DNA of 64,000 bases from Candidatus Aenigmatarchaeota archaeon (GCA_030018415.1 JASEGC010000001.1:535033-599032), one strand, 5' to 3'. Positions 11,160 through 21,191 are shown, counted from the first letter of the stretch. The notes: generated from the letters alone by a model not told the origin. Numbers and translations: made by a program.

Positions 11160-12254
11160 TCAAATTTTTCCCCATCTATCCTTAAGTTTTTTCATTATCT
11201 GAGGCATGCTCGTGTATTCCATATCATGTTCAGGCAACCTGTGTGGTTGGAATGGTCCATGCATTCTCATGTAATCGGCAATCTCATTCGCTCTTTCTCT
11301 AGCTCTGTCGAATGATACGTCCTTGAACAAATCTAATGGACCGATCAAATTTCCGTTGCTGACGATGAAACCCAAGGCAACAACTCTTGGCGGCCCATCA
11401 AACCTTGTTGGCATAGCATCTTCGAGACTGACAGGCATTAAAGGTCCAGTGTGACTTCCCCTGTTCCAACCTTCGACCAAATAGGGGAATGCGTAAGGCT
11501 CAGTAATTTCTCCTATATCTGGCAAATCATGCTGTGCTCTTACTATACAAACGGGATCATCTTTGCCAATATATTTTCCAGCGATGAGCGATAATCTTGT
11601 CGTGCTCGTCACAGCGCAGATCAAACCATCGTGGTTTCTGGTAATGCTTTTTATCACATATCTTCCAGGAGTTCCGACGAATGCGAGGAGTTCGTACATC
11701 TCATCTGGACATTTTAATTTTATAGATTTGTTCTCGACAACATCCTGAACTTCGAAAGTGAAACCTTCATTCATCACTGGTGATATGATTAGTCCCGGGT
11801 TTGTGAAAGGATCTGCAAAAGTCCTGAAAAGAGGAATGTTCCATGCACCTGGGCTTGTCTTATCTGCAGCCAGGATGACCACAGGCTCGCTCGGTCTCTC
11901 TTCGAAACTTATCTCTGCAACACCAGGTCCCATACCTTTAACATTTCCAGAGAATGTATCCTTCAACATATCCTGTCCTGCGCCATACAACTTCATTTCT
12001 TTGGCTTTTTTTGTACAAGAAGTGAAAATGTTCCATGCTAGACCATGTATCTTTGGGTTTTCAACAGGTTTCTTGTGCGACATTAAAAGCTCTAAATCAT
12101 CACCACAAGCAAAAACAAAATAATCTATAATTTCATTCTTTTTCTCCGCTTTTTCCAATTCTCGTTTAGCGATATTTATCAATTCAGGATGGACTTTGTT
12201 ATGACCGACATAAGAACCTATATCTGCTTTTATCACACTCAAAGTTATTTTCAT
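11160..12254 (-). CDS. fbp: Fructose-1,6-bisphosphate aldolase/phosphatase (class V FBPase)
   Basis: 364 aa. The N-terminus MKITLSVIKADIGSYVGH and the overall sequence are characteristic of the archaeal bifunctional FBP aldolase/phosphatase. Confidence 0.93.
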   Translation of the reverse strand: MKITLSVIKADIGSYVGHNKVHPELINIAKRELEKAEKKNEIIDYFVFACGDDLELLMSHKKPVENPKIHGLAWNIFTSCTKKAKEMKLYGAGQDMLKDTFSGNVKGMGPGVAEISFEERPSEPVVILAADKTSPGAWNIPLFRTFADPFTNPGLIISPVMNEGFTFEVQDVVENKSIKLKCPDEMYELLAFVGTPGRYVIKSITRNHDGLICAVTSTTRLSLIAGKYIGKDDPVCIVRAQHDLPDIGEITEPYAFPYLVEGWNRGSHTGPLMPVSLEDAMPTRFDGPPRVVALGFIVSNGNLIGPLDLFKDVSFDRARERANEIADYMRMHGPFQPHRLPEHDMEYTSMPQIMKKLKDRWGKI

Positions 12255-12339
12255 ACGAACACTTGGTAGAAAATTATCTCTTGAAATATTAATTTATATC
12301 TTTTTTGTTCAAACTTCACGACAGAATATAAAAGTTATT

Positions 12340-13162
12340 TTATAATTTAATTAATTTCTTCATCCTTTCTAAGAATTCTTCTGCGGTGTTTACAAGATAG
12401 GTGGCTGTATCGAGCGAGTATATGTATCTGTAATCTACATCTTCTCTAGATGAGGTAGCAGCTCTAAAATCGTTGATATATTTTGACTCCAACTTTCCAT
12501 CTCTACTCAATCTTTCTAAAATAATTCCAATTACAAAATATCTTCTTTCTTTAAACCTCATGGAAAATAAGACTGCTCTTGCAGCACGAAACATTGAATA
12601 GTATGCTTTAATTATACACCATTTAGTATCATCCTGTTTTAATGCAACCCTAGCTCTATCTAAATCATATTTTGCTTTTTATAATTTTTTGTCGACCAAT
12701 TTTTTATCGATTTTTACCTTTGTAATATATCCTTTTTCTACTAAATCTTCTACTCTCATACCAATCGGGTCTTTTCTGGCCATAGAACTCCATTCTAATT
12801 CTGTGTATATACTTGGTTTAATCCTTCTCCCGATTTTTTGTTCAATGTTTCTGATAACATCGAAGATGCCTTTCTCTTGTCTTCCTACCGTAAAGGAAGA
12901 TTTGTACATTTTTTATGTCTTTGAGATGAGGTAGTAGTTTAACGATGTTGAACAAAATTTTTAATTGTCTCGTCACAGCAAATTCTAGGTCTACTTTGTA
13001 TATTTTCATCCTACCTTTAGTTGTTTGAATGAGTAAGTTAAGGCTTGACAATATTTTTAGCCATTTATTGACAGTTGCTCTTGCCAGTTTTGTCTTTTTC
13101 CTTACTCCAGTTTCACTAAACTCTTGTTTAGGGTTTTCTAAGAAGAAATTTAAAATTTTCAT
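12340..13162 (-). pseudogene. Degraded wHTH-nucleotidyltransferase-HEPN gene (MNT/HEPN-type module)
   Basis: Three consecutive ORF pieces are present. 13162-12842 encodes a wHTH plus ..VQIFLYG. A frameshift leads to 12909-12679. An in-frame TAA at 12679-12681 is followed, in the same frame, by KAKYDLDRARVALKQDDTKWCIIKAYYSMFRAARAVLF..., a HEPN-like helix pair continuing to 12340. Confidence 0.45.
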
Positions 13163-13380
13163 CGGAGCTTCTTTATCTAGGATTTCATTCAGTTACATTA
13201 ATAAAAGCAATTTTATCGTTTTGGAATTTTTATCGTTCATCAAAATGTTTATATAGTGAAAAAAAACCAAAATTAGTTACATGAATATGGATTTCTTTAA
13301 TGAAGAAAAAAATTTTCTTCCAGAGATAAGCTTATGTATAAGCTTTTTGAAAGTATTAACATGGTTTTGGTGGTTACTCG

Positions 13381-16300
13381 ATGAAATTTATCCTGAATAG
13401 AAAGAGTTTAATGTTGTTTTCATTATTCTTGCTAGGGTTTTTTGTTGTCAATTTTGTTTTGCCAGTATTTGCAGAAATGTTTCCAGGAGCGGGACCATAT
13501 AGCAATGAGACCGGGAGTTTAATGCCAGTTTGGGTTAATACATCTGGGGCAGACGGAAAAATTGACATGTTCTTTGCAAACGGTAATACGGTTTATATCG
13601 TAGCTAATATTTCTTGTTCCCTTCCAGCTGTTTGTAATCAGAGTATAATTGCAGATGCTAACTTTACTGAGATAGGCATACTGGAATCGGGTGGGTTTAG
13701 ACAAGGTGTATACAAAACAAACGCTACTGACGGTAGTTGGGTTCTCTTTGAATTTAACGGGACAATTAATCTTACAAATATACAGATGATTCAGGTTAAG
13801 ATGGTTTATGTAAATGCAACTGCTGCTTATAATACAAGTGAAAATATTACACAAGGTCTCTTGGCTCCTGTTCTAGTAGTCAACATGTCAACATTCGGTT
13901 GCCCTCCAGCTGATGACCCGAATGTTCAATTCCCTGTTGTTCCGGGATGGAATATATCAAATCCTAGTCAGCCTGTTTTACCACCTGGCATACAAGCTCA
14001 GGGTTGTACTCAAAATACAACTTTATGTGCTAATATGGATACATTTGGACCAGGAACATGGGATGATGTTGCTAATCAATGGAAAGTCTGTGTACCAGAT
14101 TTTAGCAATAGTGCAACCACAAATCTAACTGCAATTGCTGACACTGGTGATTTCTCTAATATTTCGAGCTTTACTATAGAAGTTCCTGGAAAAGCTAAGA
14201 TTGTTTTCAACACAAACGTCAGTTTTGCCTCACGAACAGAATCTCAGGCAATAATGGAGTTTGCCATGAAATCTCTGATGACTGGTGGTAAAATAGGGAT
14301 GAACGATTCGGAATGGAATGGTGAGGGTGGTAGACCTAATCTAAATCGATCAGCCACACTCACGATTTACAATATTTCACAATATTTTCCAATAAATGGA
14401 AGACCACAAATTTTCAGGTACCCAACACACAGATCAACAATTGGTGGAGAAATATGTCCTGCAAATATATGTTCAGGTTTTCTTTGGGACGGAGAAAACA
14501 TCACTTTCACTGTTTTCAGTTTCTCTGACTATGGATTAGCAGATGCGATAAATGTAACTTTACAAAGTCCTGAGAATTTTACTTATGTTAATATAAGAAA
14601 TGTGAACTTTACTTACATTCCTGAGTGGGACGCTTCTGTAACTATGAAAAACTGTACTTTGTATGGAAATTTCACTGGTACATGGGCAGCTAACGCGACA
14701 AATCAGAGTGCTTTGGTTAATGGAACTGTTAATGGAATAAACAATACTGTTTCTTCTGATGGACCTTACCTATGGAATGTTTACTGTTATAATGAAACTG
14801 ACCAGTATGATTACTATTCACTCAACTGGACTGTAACTGTGGATACTGTCGAACCACAATGGTCAAATAATCAAACGGATATAGTAACAACTTATTCTCC
14901 ATCTACACTTTCTTACTTTAACATTTCATGGACAGATAGTAATGGTATATCTAAAGTTTTTATAGAAGGCAATTGGTCTGGCCCGCAAAACTATTCAATG
15001 TTCAATCTTGCAGGAGATGTCTATAGTTTTAACGTTACTTTACCCGCTGGAACATTCTATTGGAAATCTTACTCAAACGATTCTGCAAATAATTGGAATG
15101 TATCAGATACTTGGTATTTCACTATAAATAAAGCTCCAAACCCAGTAGATCTTTATTTCAATGGAACAAAAAACAGTAACAGAACTTACACATACCCAGA
15201 AGTAAGCAATGTCACTGGTACTACTTCAGTTGGAACAGCCTATCTGTATAGAGATTCCTCAAGCGTAACGAACCCAGAAATAATCACGTTGGGTAATGCT
15301 ACACATGCATATAAAGTAAACTCTACTGGAGATCAAAACTATACAGACAACTCAACTGGCTTAACTTATTATATTCTAGTAAACAAAGGGACTCCAGATG
15401 TAAAGACATTCATAGATGATTCTGCCTCCAACAAAACAGTAACTTATCCTACTACTGTGACAGTAAAAGGAAATTCTACTACAACAATAACTCCTCCAAC
15501 GTTTAACTTGTACATTTCATCTCTTAATTCTTCAGGGAATCCAGCAACGATAACAACTGAGCAGGGAGCAGGAACTTATGCAGTAATCTACAATACTTCA
15601 GGAAATGCAAATTGGACTACTGCAACTAACTCAACTTTATATTTAATCGTATCTCAAAATTCTACAAATCCTGTCGATCTCTATCTAAATAATCAACTCA
15701 ATACAAATGTTACAATCACTTACGGTATTCAATCTAACGCAACTGGAGTAGCTTTGTATGCTAATTCCGGAACTTTGTATCTGTATAGAGATGAAGTGGA
15801 TGTAACCTCAACCGAAAATGATCAATTAATAACATTGGCAGCAAAGCCAACTGGTTATGCTTACAAAGTAAATATAACAGGAAATGTCAACTATACCTCA
15901 AACAGTTCTGGTCTGACGTACTACCTATTCATTAATAAAGCTCCAACAGAGATAGCCCTCTCCTTAAACGGAACTAGAGGAAATAACTCTTATCAAGTCG
16001 GTCAAGTCGCTAATTTCACAGTTACTCTCAATGTTTCTGGAAAGTATGTTAACTTAACTACAAACATCTCTGGCTGGGTTGATCAAACTAACGTGACGCC
16101 ACTGATGAACTACACAACATTATCAACAGCAGGGACTTATAACATCACAGGCTATTGGCTTGGTGATGCGAACTATTCTTTCGATTCAGAAACTTGGTAC
16201 GCAACTGTAGTTACAACAACTACTACGACAACCACAACTATTACAATTCCATCAGGCGGTGGACGTGCACCAAGACCTCCTCAAGCATCTCGTATCTGGT

Positions 16301-16908
16301 CTAAGATAACTCCTGGTGTTGCAGAGATATGGCACGTGTTCAACCCTGAGATCGGTCTGAAACTCATAAACATTACAGTAAGAAATCCAGCTAACTTGGT
16401 TACGATAACTGTTACTAAGCTTGAGGATAAACCAGCTTCAGTCGTGCATGAGATAATTGGGAAAGTATACAAGTACATGGAGATAGAAGCAAAGAATCTT
16501 CCCGACGAGAACGTAGACAAAGCAAAAATACAATTCCAAGTTAACAAATCATGGATTGCAAACAACAACATCGACAGAACTACTATAGCTTTGAACAGAT
16601 ACCATGCTAACAGGTGGGATAAGTTACCGACCCAGGAAGTTGAAGAGGATGATGATTATGTTTATTATGAAGCTGAGAGTCCAGGCTTTTCAACGTTTGC
16701 TATAACTGGTGAGGAAAGAGTTTTAGCGACAACAACACTAGTTCCAACAACCACAGTTTTAACAACAACCACAGTTTTAACAACAACCACTATTCCACCA
16801 AAACCAGTAGTTGAGAAAGCACCATCTTGGGTTTTAGCAGTAATAATGCTGGTAGTTTTGGTAATAATCGTTGTATGGTTGTACCAAAGACGTCCTTCTA
16901 CCAAGTAG
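13381..16908 (+). CDS. Giant cell-surface glycoprotein: tandem Ig-like repeats, PGF-pre-PGF domain, poly-Thr linker, C-terminal TM anchor
   Basis: 1175 aa with a signal peptide and four ~90-aa repeats (NPVDLY.N......YLYRD....YAYKVN.TG..NYT.NS.GLTYY..(V/I)NK). The C-terminal WSKITPGVAEIW...YVYYEAESPGFSTFAITGE matches the PGF-pre-PGF domain. TTTVLT repeats, a TM helix and a QRRPSTK tail follow. Confidence 0.85.
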   Translation: MKFILNRKSLMLFSLFLLGFFVVNFVLPVFAEMFPGAGPYSNETGSLMPVWVNTSGADGKIDMFFANGNTVYIVANISCSLPAVCNQSIIADANFTEIGILESGGFRQGVYKTNATDGSWVLFEFNGTINLTNIQMIQVKMVYVNATAAYNTSENITQGLLAPVLVVNMSTFGCPPADDPNVQFPVVPGWNISNPSQPVLPPGIQAQGCTQNTTLCANMDTFGPGTWDDVANQWKVCVPDFSNSATTNLTAIADTGDFSNISSFTIEVPGKAKIVFNTNVSFASRTESQAIMEFAMKSLMTGGKIGMNDSEWNGEGGRPNLNRSATLTIYNISQYFPINGRPQIFRYPTHRSTIGGEICPANICSGFLWDGENITFTVFSFSDYGLADAINVTLQSPENFTYVNIRNVNFTYIPEWDASVTMKNCTLYGNFTGTWAANATNQSALVNGTVNGINNTVSSDGPYLWNVYCYNETDQYDYYSLNWTVTVDTVEPQWSNNQTDIVTTYSPSTLSYFNISWTDSNGISKVFIEGNWSGPQNYSMFNLAGDVYSFNVTLPAGTFYWKSYSNDSANNWNVSDTWYFTINKAPNPVDLYFNGTKNSNRTYTYPEVSNVTGTTSVGTAYLYRDSSSVTNPEIITLGNATHAYKVNSTGDQNYTDNSTGLTYYILVNKGTPDVKTFIDDSASNKTVTYPTTVTVKGNSTTTITPPTFNLYISSLNSSGNPATITTEQGAGTYAVIYNTSGNANWTTATNSTLYLIVSQNSTNPVDLYLNNQLNTNVTITYGIQSNATGVALYANSGTLYLYRDEVDVTSTENDQLITLAAKPTGYAYKVNITGNVNYTSNSSGLTYYLFINKAPTEIALSLNGTRGNNSYQVGQVANFTVTLNVSGKYVNLTTNISGWVDQTNVTPLMNYTTLSTAGTYNITGYWLGDANYSFDSETWYATVVTTTTTTTTTITIPSGGGRAPRPPQASRIWSKITPGVAEIWHVFNPEIGLKLINITVRNPANLVTITVTKLEDKPASVVHEIIGKVYKYMEIEAKNLPDENVDKAKIQFQVNKSWIANNNIDRTTIALNRYHANRWDKLPTQEVEEDDDYVYYEAESPGFSTFAITGEERVLATTTLVPTTTVLTTTTVLTTTTIPPKPVVEKAPSWVLAVIMLVVLVIIVVWLYQRRPSTK
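16747..16790 (+). repeat. 18-nt tandem repeat (about 2.5 copies) encoding TTTVLT in the Thr linker
   Basis: ACAACCACAGTTTTAACA occurs twice in tandem, at 16747-16764 and 16765-16782, followed by a partial third copy. Confidence 0.8.
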
Positions 16909-16983
16909 AAAAGTTTTTAAATCGACTTTTGCAAATTAACAATAAGTTTTAAAATTATCTATAAACGATGAACAGGGTGAGTC

Positions 16984-17343
16984 ATGAGTAGAAAATTGCT
17001 TTTTTTTGCTTTTTATTCCTGTTTTTCTTGGCTTAATGTTGAAAGTTAACACTCAACCTCCTCCTGGGGTGCAGGTGGTGTTGGTGTTCTAGCTATTGCG
17101 GGATGCTGGAATTATTACAATCAACAGGATTGTTTGAATACTACTCTCCACCCTTCCTTAACTTGTAATTGGCATCTTGGTGAGACTTGGGAATGGTGCG
17201 AAGAAAAAGGATGCTGGAGTTGGGACACAAACGAAACATGTGTTACTAACAACTGTACGTGGAACTCCCAATACAATTGTTGTTATAAAAAAGGTTGTTG
17301 GTGCTTTAGTTTCTGTTCTCATTCACAGGCGTGGAAGATCTAG
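16984..17343 (+). pseudogene. Small secreted Cys/Trp-rich protein, apparently frameshifted
   Basis: The ATG at 16984 gives MSRKLLFF and then hits a stop. Removing one T from the T8 run (17000-17007) gives the signal peptide MSRKLLFLLFIPVFLGLMLKV. A third frame encodes AGCWNYYNQQDCLNTTLHPSLTCNWHLGETWEWCEEKGCWSWDTNETCVTNNCTWNSQYNCCYKKGCW. Confidence 0.3.
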
Positions 17344-17433
17344 AAAGGAAAAGGATATAAGAGAAAGCTTTACTTTTTCGGAATGCAAATATGATGAGAA
17401 GTTTTTTTTGGGCGATTGAACAATATATTATTG

Positions 17434-20400
17434 ATGAGACAATCATTAGTGTTTTTGTTAACTCTTTCCATATCATTCCTTTTAATTACTTCAATTTCTC
17501 AACAGCTCTTCTCAAGAGGAGAACATTTGAAGAAGTTGGACTGGGAGTTAAAAGAATCGGTTTATTCCAAACCTAACGAAAAAGTTAGGGTTATTGTTTG
17601 GCTTGATAAAAGCAATGGATTAAGTGATCTGGAAAGAATTGGAAAAGTTAGGTATGATTATGATGTCATCTCAGCGGTGGCGATGGAATTATCGTCTGAT
17701 CAACTGGAAAATTTAGCGAGGGTGTCGAGCGTAAAAAAGATTGTCTTAGACAGAGAAATTAGAGCATTCAGAATAGAGAGCATGGCTATTATAAAGGCAA
17801 GCACGGCTGCTAGCAATTTTAACGTTAATGGTTCCAACATAAACATTTCAATAATCGACACTGGCATCTTCAACCATACAGAATTTCAGACTCCAAATAG
17901 GATAGTGAAACAGAAATGTTACTGTAACGTTGCACCAGGCAATTGTTGTCAAGGTTTAAAGGAGAGTGAAAATGCAACGGATGATCATGGTCATGGCACG
18001 CATTGCGCAGGAATTGCGGCAGGAGAGGGAAATGGCCATGGCCATGGTGTTGCCACGAACGTTTCATTGTTTGCCGTAAAAGTCTTGAATGCTTCTGGTT
18101 CAGGAACTGAGTCAGATTTGATAGCAGGTATTGATTGGGCTGTGAGGAATGGGACGAACATAATCTCTTTAAGTCTCGGAGCAACTTTTGATCAATTTAC
18201 AGATTGTTATGAAGTAACTTCCTCAGAGGTTGTGGACAATGCGACAAAACAAGGAGTTGTCGTCGTTGTTGCTGCGGGAAATGAGGGATCATACGGGAAT
18301 GAAACTATCGCAGCTCCTGGATGTGCGAAGAGAGCTATAACAGTAGGAGCTGTGGATGATGCAGATAGCATAGCATCATTCTCTTCTAGAGGTCCAACAA
18401 CAGATAACAGAACAAAACCAGATTTAGTTGCTCCAGGTGTGAGTATAACATCAACAACTAACGGTTTAACTTCTTATGGCTCTGCTTCAGGGACTTCTCA
18501 AGCAACTCCTCATGTAGCTGGAGTAGCTGCTTTGTTGATGCAGAGATTCCTACAAACTCATGGTTATTTGCCAGAACCAGATAGAGTTAAGGCTATACTC
18601 TTGACAGCTGTCAACACAACTGGGATGAATGCGAGCGGATATCAACAGAGGAATAACGTCTATGGAGCAGGAAGGATCGATGCATACGAGGCCTTGAGGA
18701 TAATAAATTTCACGAAAAACAAAACGATATCCCAAGGGCAAGAAGATGATTACAAAATAAATGTTACGAATAATGATTTCAAAGTGACTCTATATTGGCC
18801 AGAGGATGAGGATACAAACAACAATCTAGACTTGATAATCAGGAACTTCACCGATCCTACAAAAAACATTTCATTTTCAACCCATGCAAACGACTCGATC
18901 GAGCAGGTCTTTGTAAGAAATGCTAGCAATGGATTCTGGGAAGTTTTTGTTAGGGGTGTTGTAGGTACAAATCAAACTTATTACCTCGCTTCGAACGTGG
19001 AGATTCTTGAGGATGTGACACCTCCTAGCTTAGTTTTGGTTCGACCAGAGAATAAGACTTACACGAACAGAACGAACATTCCACTCAACTTTTCAACAGA
19101 TGAAACCAATCATACTGTATGGTATACTCTAGACGGTGAGAACGAGACTGTGATAACAGGTAACACAACTTTTAATGTGAGTTCGGATGGTCCACACAAC
19201 ATAACTCTTTATGTGAACGATTCTTACAACAACATTAACCAAAGCACTCAGTACTTTTCTGTTGATACAGTTCCACCTGTGATAAGCATAGTATCACCAG
19301 TTTCGAATGTGACGATGAATTACAGCACTAAGATGATCTGGTTTAACATATCTTTGAATGAACATGGCAACGTAAGTTTGTTTTCAGTCGATGCAGGCGA
19401 AAATTTTACTATGGATAGAATGAATGATACTTACTTCTACAATCTTTCAACTATACCGGAAGGATTTCATAGCGTAGCTTTCTATGTTAACGATAGTGTA
19501 GGCTGGACTAATAGCTCAAGCGTAAACTTCACTATCATGATCAATCCAAACATCACTGATTCGAGGGTTGATAAGAGATTGGTGCTCCTGAACGAAAGCG
19601 TGAACATAACTGCAAACATCTTTGACGATAATCTAGCTTCTGTCTTGACCAACATAACCTGGCCTAACGGGATTTATAGCTTAAGGAACATGTCTAATTC
19701 TTCTTCCATGTATTATTATCTTTTTAACGCGACTAACCAGACTGGAAAATATAACGTTTTGATTATCGTGAACGATACATTTGGTAATGAGAATAATGCA
19801 TCTCTTGAGTTTGAAGTGTCAGGAGCAGTTAATGTTTCTTCAAACGTGATGAATGGCACGACAGCAATAAATGTTTCTGTAATTGTTCTTTACAATGGAA
19901 CTAATCACGTGAGGAATGAGACTACTAATACAAGCTTTGAGTTCATCCTTCCTGCAGGATTATGGGATTTAAGATTTAACACAACACGATTGAACGTTAC
20001 GCTGTTCAGTACAAACTTGACTGAGAACTTAACGAGAGAGATAAGATTGAATGATGATGTACGGATGAGCTATGTACTTACAAATGTTAGGTCTATAAAG
20101 ACAGTCGCACTTAAGTTTGAAAATTTCACTTTTTCTTCGGCAAACTTAACCTTCTCCTTTGATTCAAGTCTTGTTAACAATCGAAGCAACTTAGAAGTTT
20201 ACAGATGTCAAGGTTGGAGTTTTGCTAATTCCGATTGTGAAAGTAGTTGGCAAAGGGATTCGAGCGACGATACTTTTAACGCAACCATCAACGAAAACAA
20301 CGTTACTTTGATTACTTCAAATTTCTCCTCTTTCTCTTTGGGTGAGAATGAAACAATTACGACAACTTCTACATCTACAACGACTACTATTTCTGGTGGA

Positions 20401-20712
20401 GGTGGGGCGATAACGACAACTTCTACGACAATCCCGATAACAACTTCTACCACAATCCCGATAACAACTTCTACGACAGTCTCAATAACAACTTCCACTG
20501 TTCTTGAAACCACAACCTTACCGATTGGGGTGAGCGAAAGAGAAATAAGTCATCTCTGGTTTTCACCTTTGATAGTTGTTTTTGTTGTTATTTTGGCTGT
20601 TGTCGTTTATTATTTAAGATTACGTAAGAAACCTGGAGTGGACGAAGTTTTTGAAGATTTGAAGGAGAAATGGAGTCAGCATACTTTTGTGGTGAGGCTC
20701 TCATTCACGTAG
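17434..20712 (+). CDS. Subtilisin-like serine protease (S8) with I9-like propeptide, multiple Ig-like domains, poly-Thr repeat and TM anchor
   Basis: The catalytic triad motifs are IIDTGI (Asp), HGHGTHCAG (His) and SGTSQATPHVAG (Ser). The signal peptide is MRQSLVFLLTLSISFLL. The ORF track starts at a TTG at 17416; I prefer the ATG at 17434. The C-terminus has TTSTTIPI repeats followed by a TM helix. Confidence 0.9.
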   Translation: MRQSLVFLLTLSISFLLITSISQQLFSRGEHLKKLDWELKESVYSKPNEKVRVIVWLDKSNGLSDLERIGKVRYDYDVISAVAMELSSDQLENLARVSSVKKIVLDREIRAFRIESMAIIKASTAASNFNVNGSNINISIIDTGIFNHTEFQTPNRIVKQKCYCNVAPGNCCQGLKESENATDDHGHGTHCAGIAAGEGNGHGHGVATNVSLFAVKVLNASGSGTESDLIAGIDWAVRNGTNIISLSLGATFDQFTDCYEVTSSEVVDNATKQGVVVVVAAGNEGSYGNETIAAPGCAKRAITVGAVDDADSIASFSSRGPTTDNRTKPDLVAPGVSITSTTNGLTSYGSASGTSQATPHVAGVAALLMQRFLQTHGYLPEPDRVKAILLTAVNTTGMNASGYQQRNNVYGAGRIDAYEALRIINFTKNKTISQGQEDDYKINVTNNDFKVTLYWPEDEDTNNNLDLIIRNFTDPTKNISFSTHANDSIEQVFVRNASNGFWEVFVRGVVGTNQTYYLASNVEILEDVTPPSLVLVRPENKTYTNRTNIPLNFSTDETNHTVWYTLDGENETVITGNTTFNVSSDGPHNITLYVNDSYNNINQSTQYFSVDTVPPVISIVSPVSNVTMNYSTKMIWFNISLNEHGNVSLFSVDAGENFTMDRMNDTYFYNLSTIPEGFHSVAFYVNDSVGWTNSSSVNFTIMINPNITDSRVDKRLVLLNESVNITANIFDDNLASVLTNITWPNGIYSLRNMSNSSSMYYYLFNATNQTGKYNVLIIVNDTFGNENNASLEFEVSGAVNVSSNVMNGTTAINVSVIVLYNGTNHVRNETTNTSFEFILPAGLWDLRFNTTRLNVTLFSTNLTENLTREIRLNDDVRMSYVLTNVRSIKTVALKFENFTFSSANLTFSFDSSLVNNRSNLEVYRCQGWSFANSDCESSWQRDSSDDTFNATINENNVTLITSNFSSFSLGENETITTTSTSTTTTISGGGGAITTTSTTIPITTSTTIPITTSTTVSITTSTVLETTTLPIGVSEREISHLWFSPLIVVFVVILAVVVYYLRLRKKPGVDEVFEDLKEKWSQHTFVVRLSFT
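20416..20500 (+). repeat. 24-nt tandem repeat (about 3.5 copies) encoding TTSTTIPI
   Basis: The units are ACAACTTCTACGACAATCCCGATA, ACAACTTCTACCACAATCCCGATA and ACAACTTCTACGACAGTCTCAATA, followed by a partial copy. Confidence 0.8.
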
Positions 20713-21191
20713 ATAGGCACGTTTGTCCTTACTGCTAGAGCTATCGCATCGCTCGGTCTTGAGTCGACGATCAAGAAACGATTCCCCCTCTGCAAAGTTA
20801 ATTCTGCATAGTAAGTGTTCTCTGAAAGCTTAGTTATCTTAACCATGATTGGCTTAACATCAAATCCTTCTAAAACATTCACGAATGTATCATGAGTCAT
20901 CGGTCTGAATTTCGTCACGTTAGATATTCCTTCTGATATGGCTGAAGCTTGATCTGGTGAGATGTAGAATGACAGTTCTGAACAGTCTGATTTTAACTGA
21001 ACGACTGCAAGTTTATCGACTGAGATAACTTTTTCTAACCTCATTTCAATAAAGCCCTCTGTTGCAAAAATTTTTCTAGTTTGTACATATCCGTAGAGTG
21101 AATAGATAGAAATCGCGATCAAGATCAAGATGATGATAGTTAAAGAATACATCAACCTTCTCTTTCTTCTAGAGCGTGTATACCAAATCAT
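20676..21191 (-). CDS. Bifunctional nuclease family (BFN/DUF151) protein with N-terminal TM anchor
   Basis: 171 aa. The N-terminus RSRRKRRLMYSLTIIILILIAISIYSLYGYV is a positive-inside signal-anchor. The BFN motifs RPMTHD ... VDSRPSDAIALAVRTNVPIYV are present. Confidence 0.7.
   Translation of the reverse strand: MIWYTRSRRKRRLMYSLTIIILILIAISIYSLYGYVQTRKIFATEGFIEMRLEKVISVDKLAVVQLKSDCSELSFYISPDQASAISEGISNVTKFRPMTHDTFVNVLEGFDVKPIMVKITKLSENTYYAELTLQRGNRFLIVDSRPSDAIALAVRTNVPIYVNESLTTKVC

Noticed and set aside
12265-12276. Extra GGTAGAAAAT match upstream of fbp, resembling block A of the cassette
   Set aside because: No block-B-like TATGAC..AAATTTAAATCT follows at about 69 nt, and the flanking genes are on the opposite strand. 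This short AT-rich match is most likely chance.
13303-13345. Small inverted repeat GAAGAAAA-AAA-TTTTCTTC and the ATAAGCTTAT palindrome upstream of the 1175-aa gene, considered as an operator
   Set aside because: They are short, AT-rich and single-copy in the window, so they cannot be distinguished from chance without comparative data.
17391-17576. 61-aa ORF overlapping the start of the S8 protease gene
   Set aside because: It is out of frame with, and nested in, the protease signal-peptide region, and it has no independent support.
20416-20500. Short tandem DNA repeats (24-nt units here, 18-nt units at 16747-16790) considered as possible CRISPR or mini-satellite loci
   Set aside because: The units are directly adjacent with no spacers, lie in frame within CDSs and encode Thr-rich linkers. 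This is not a CRISPR array.
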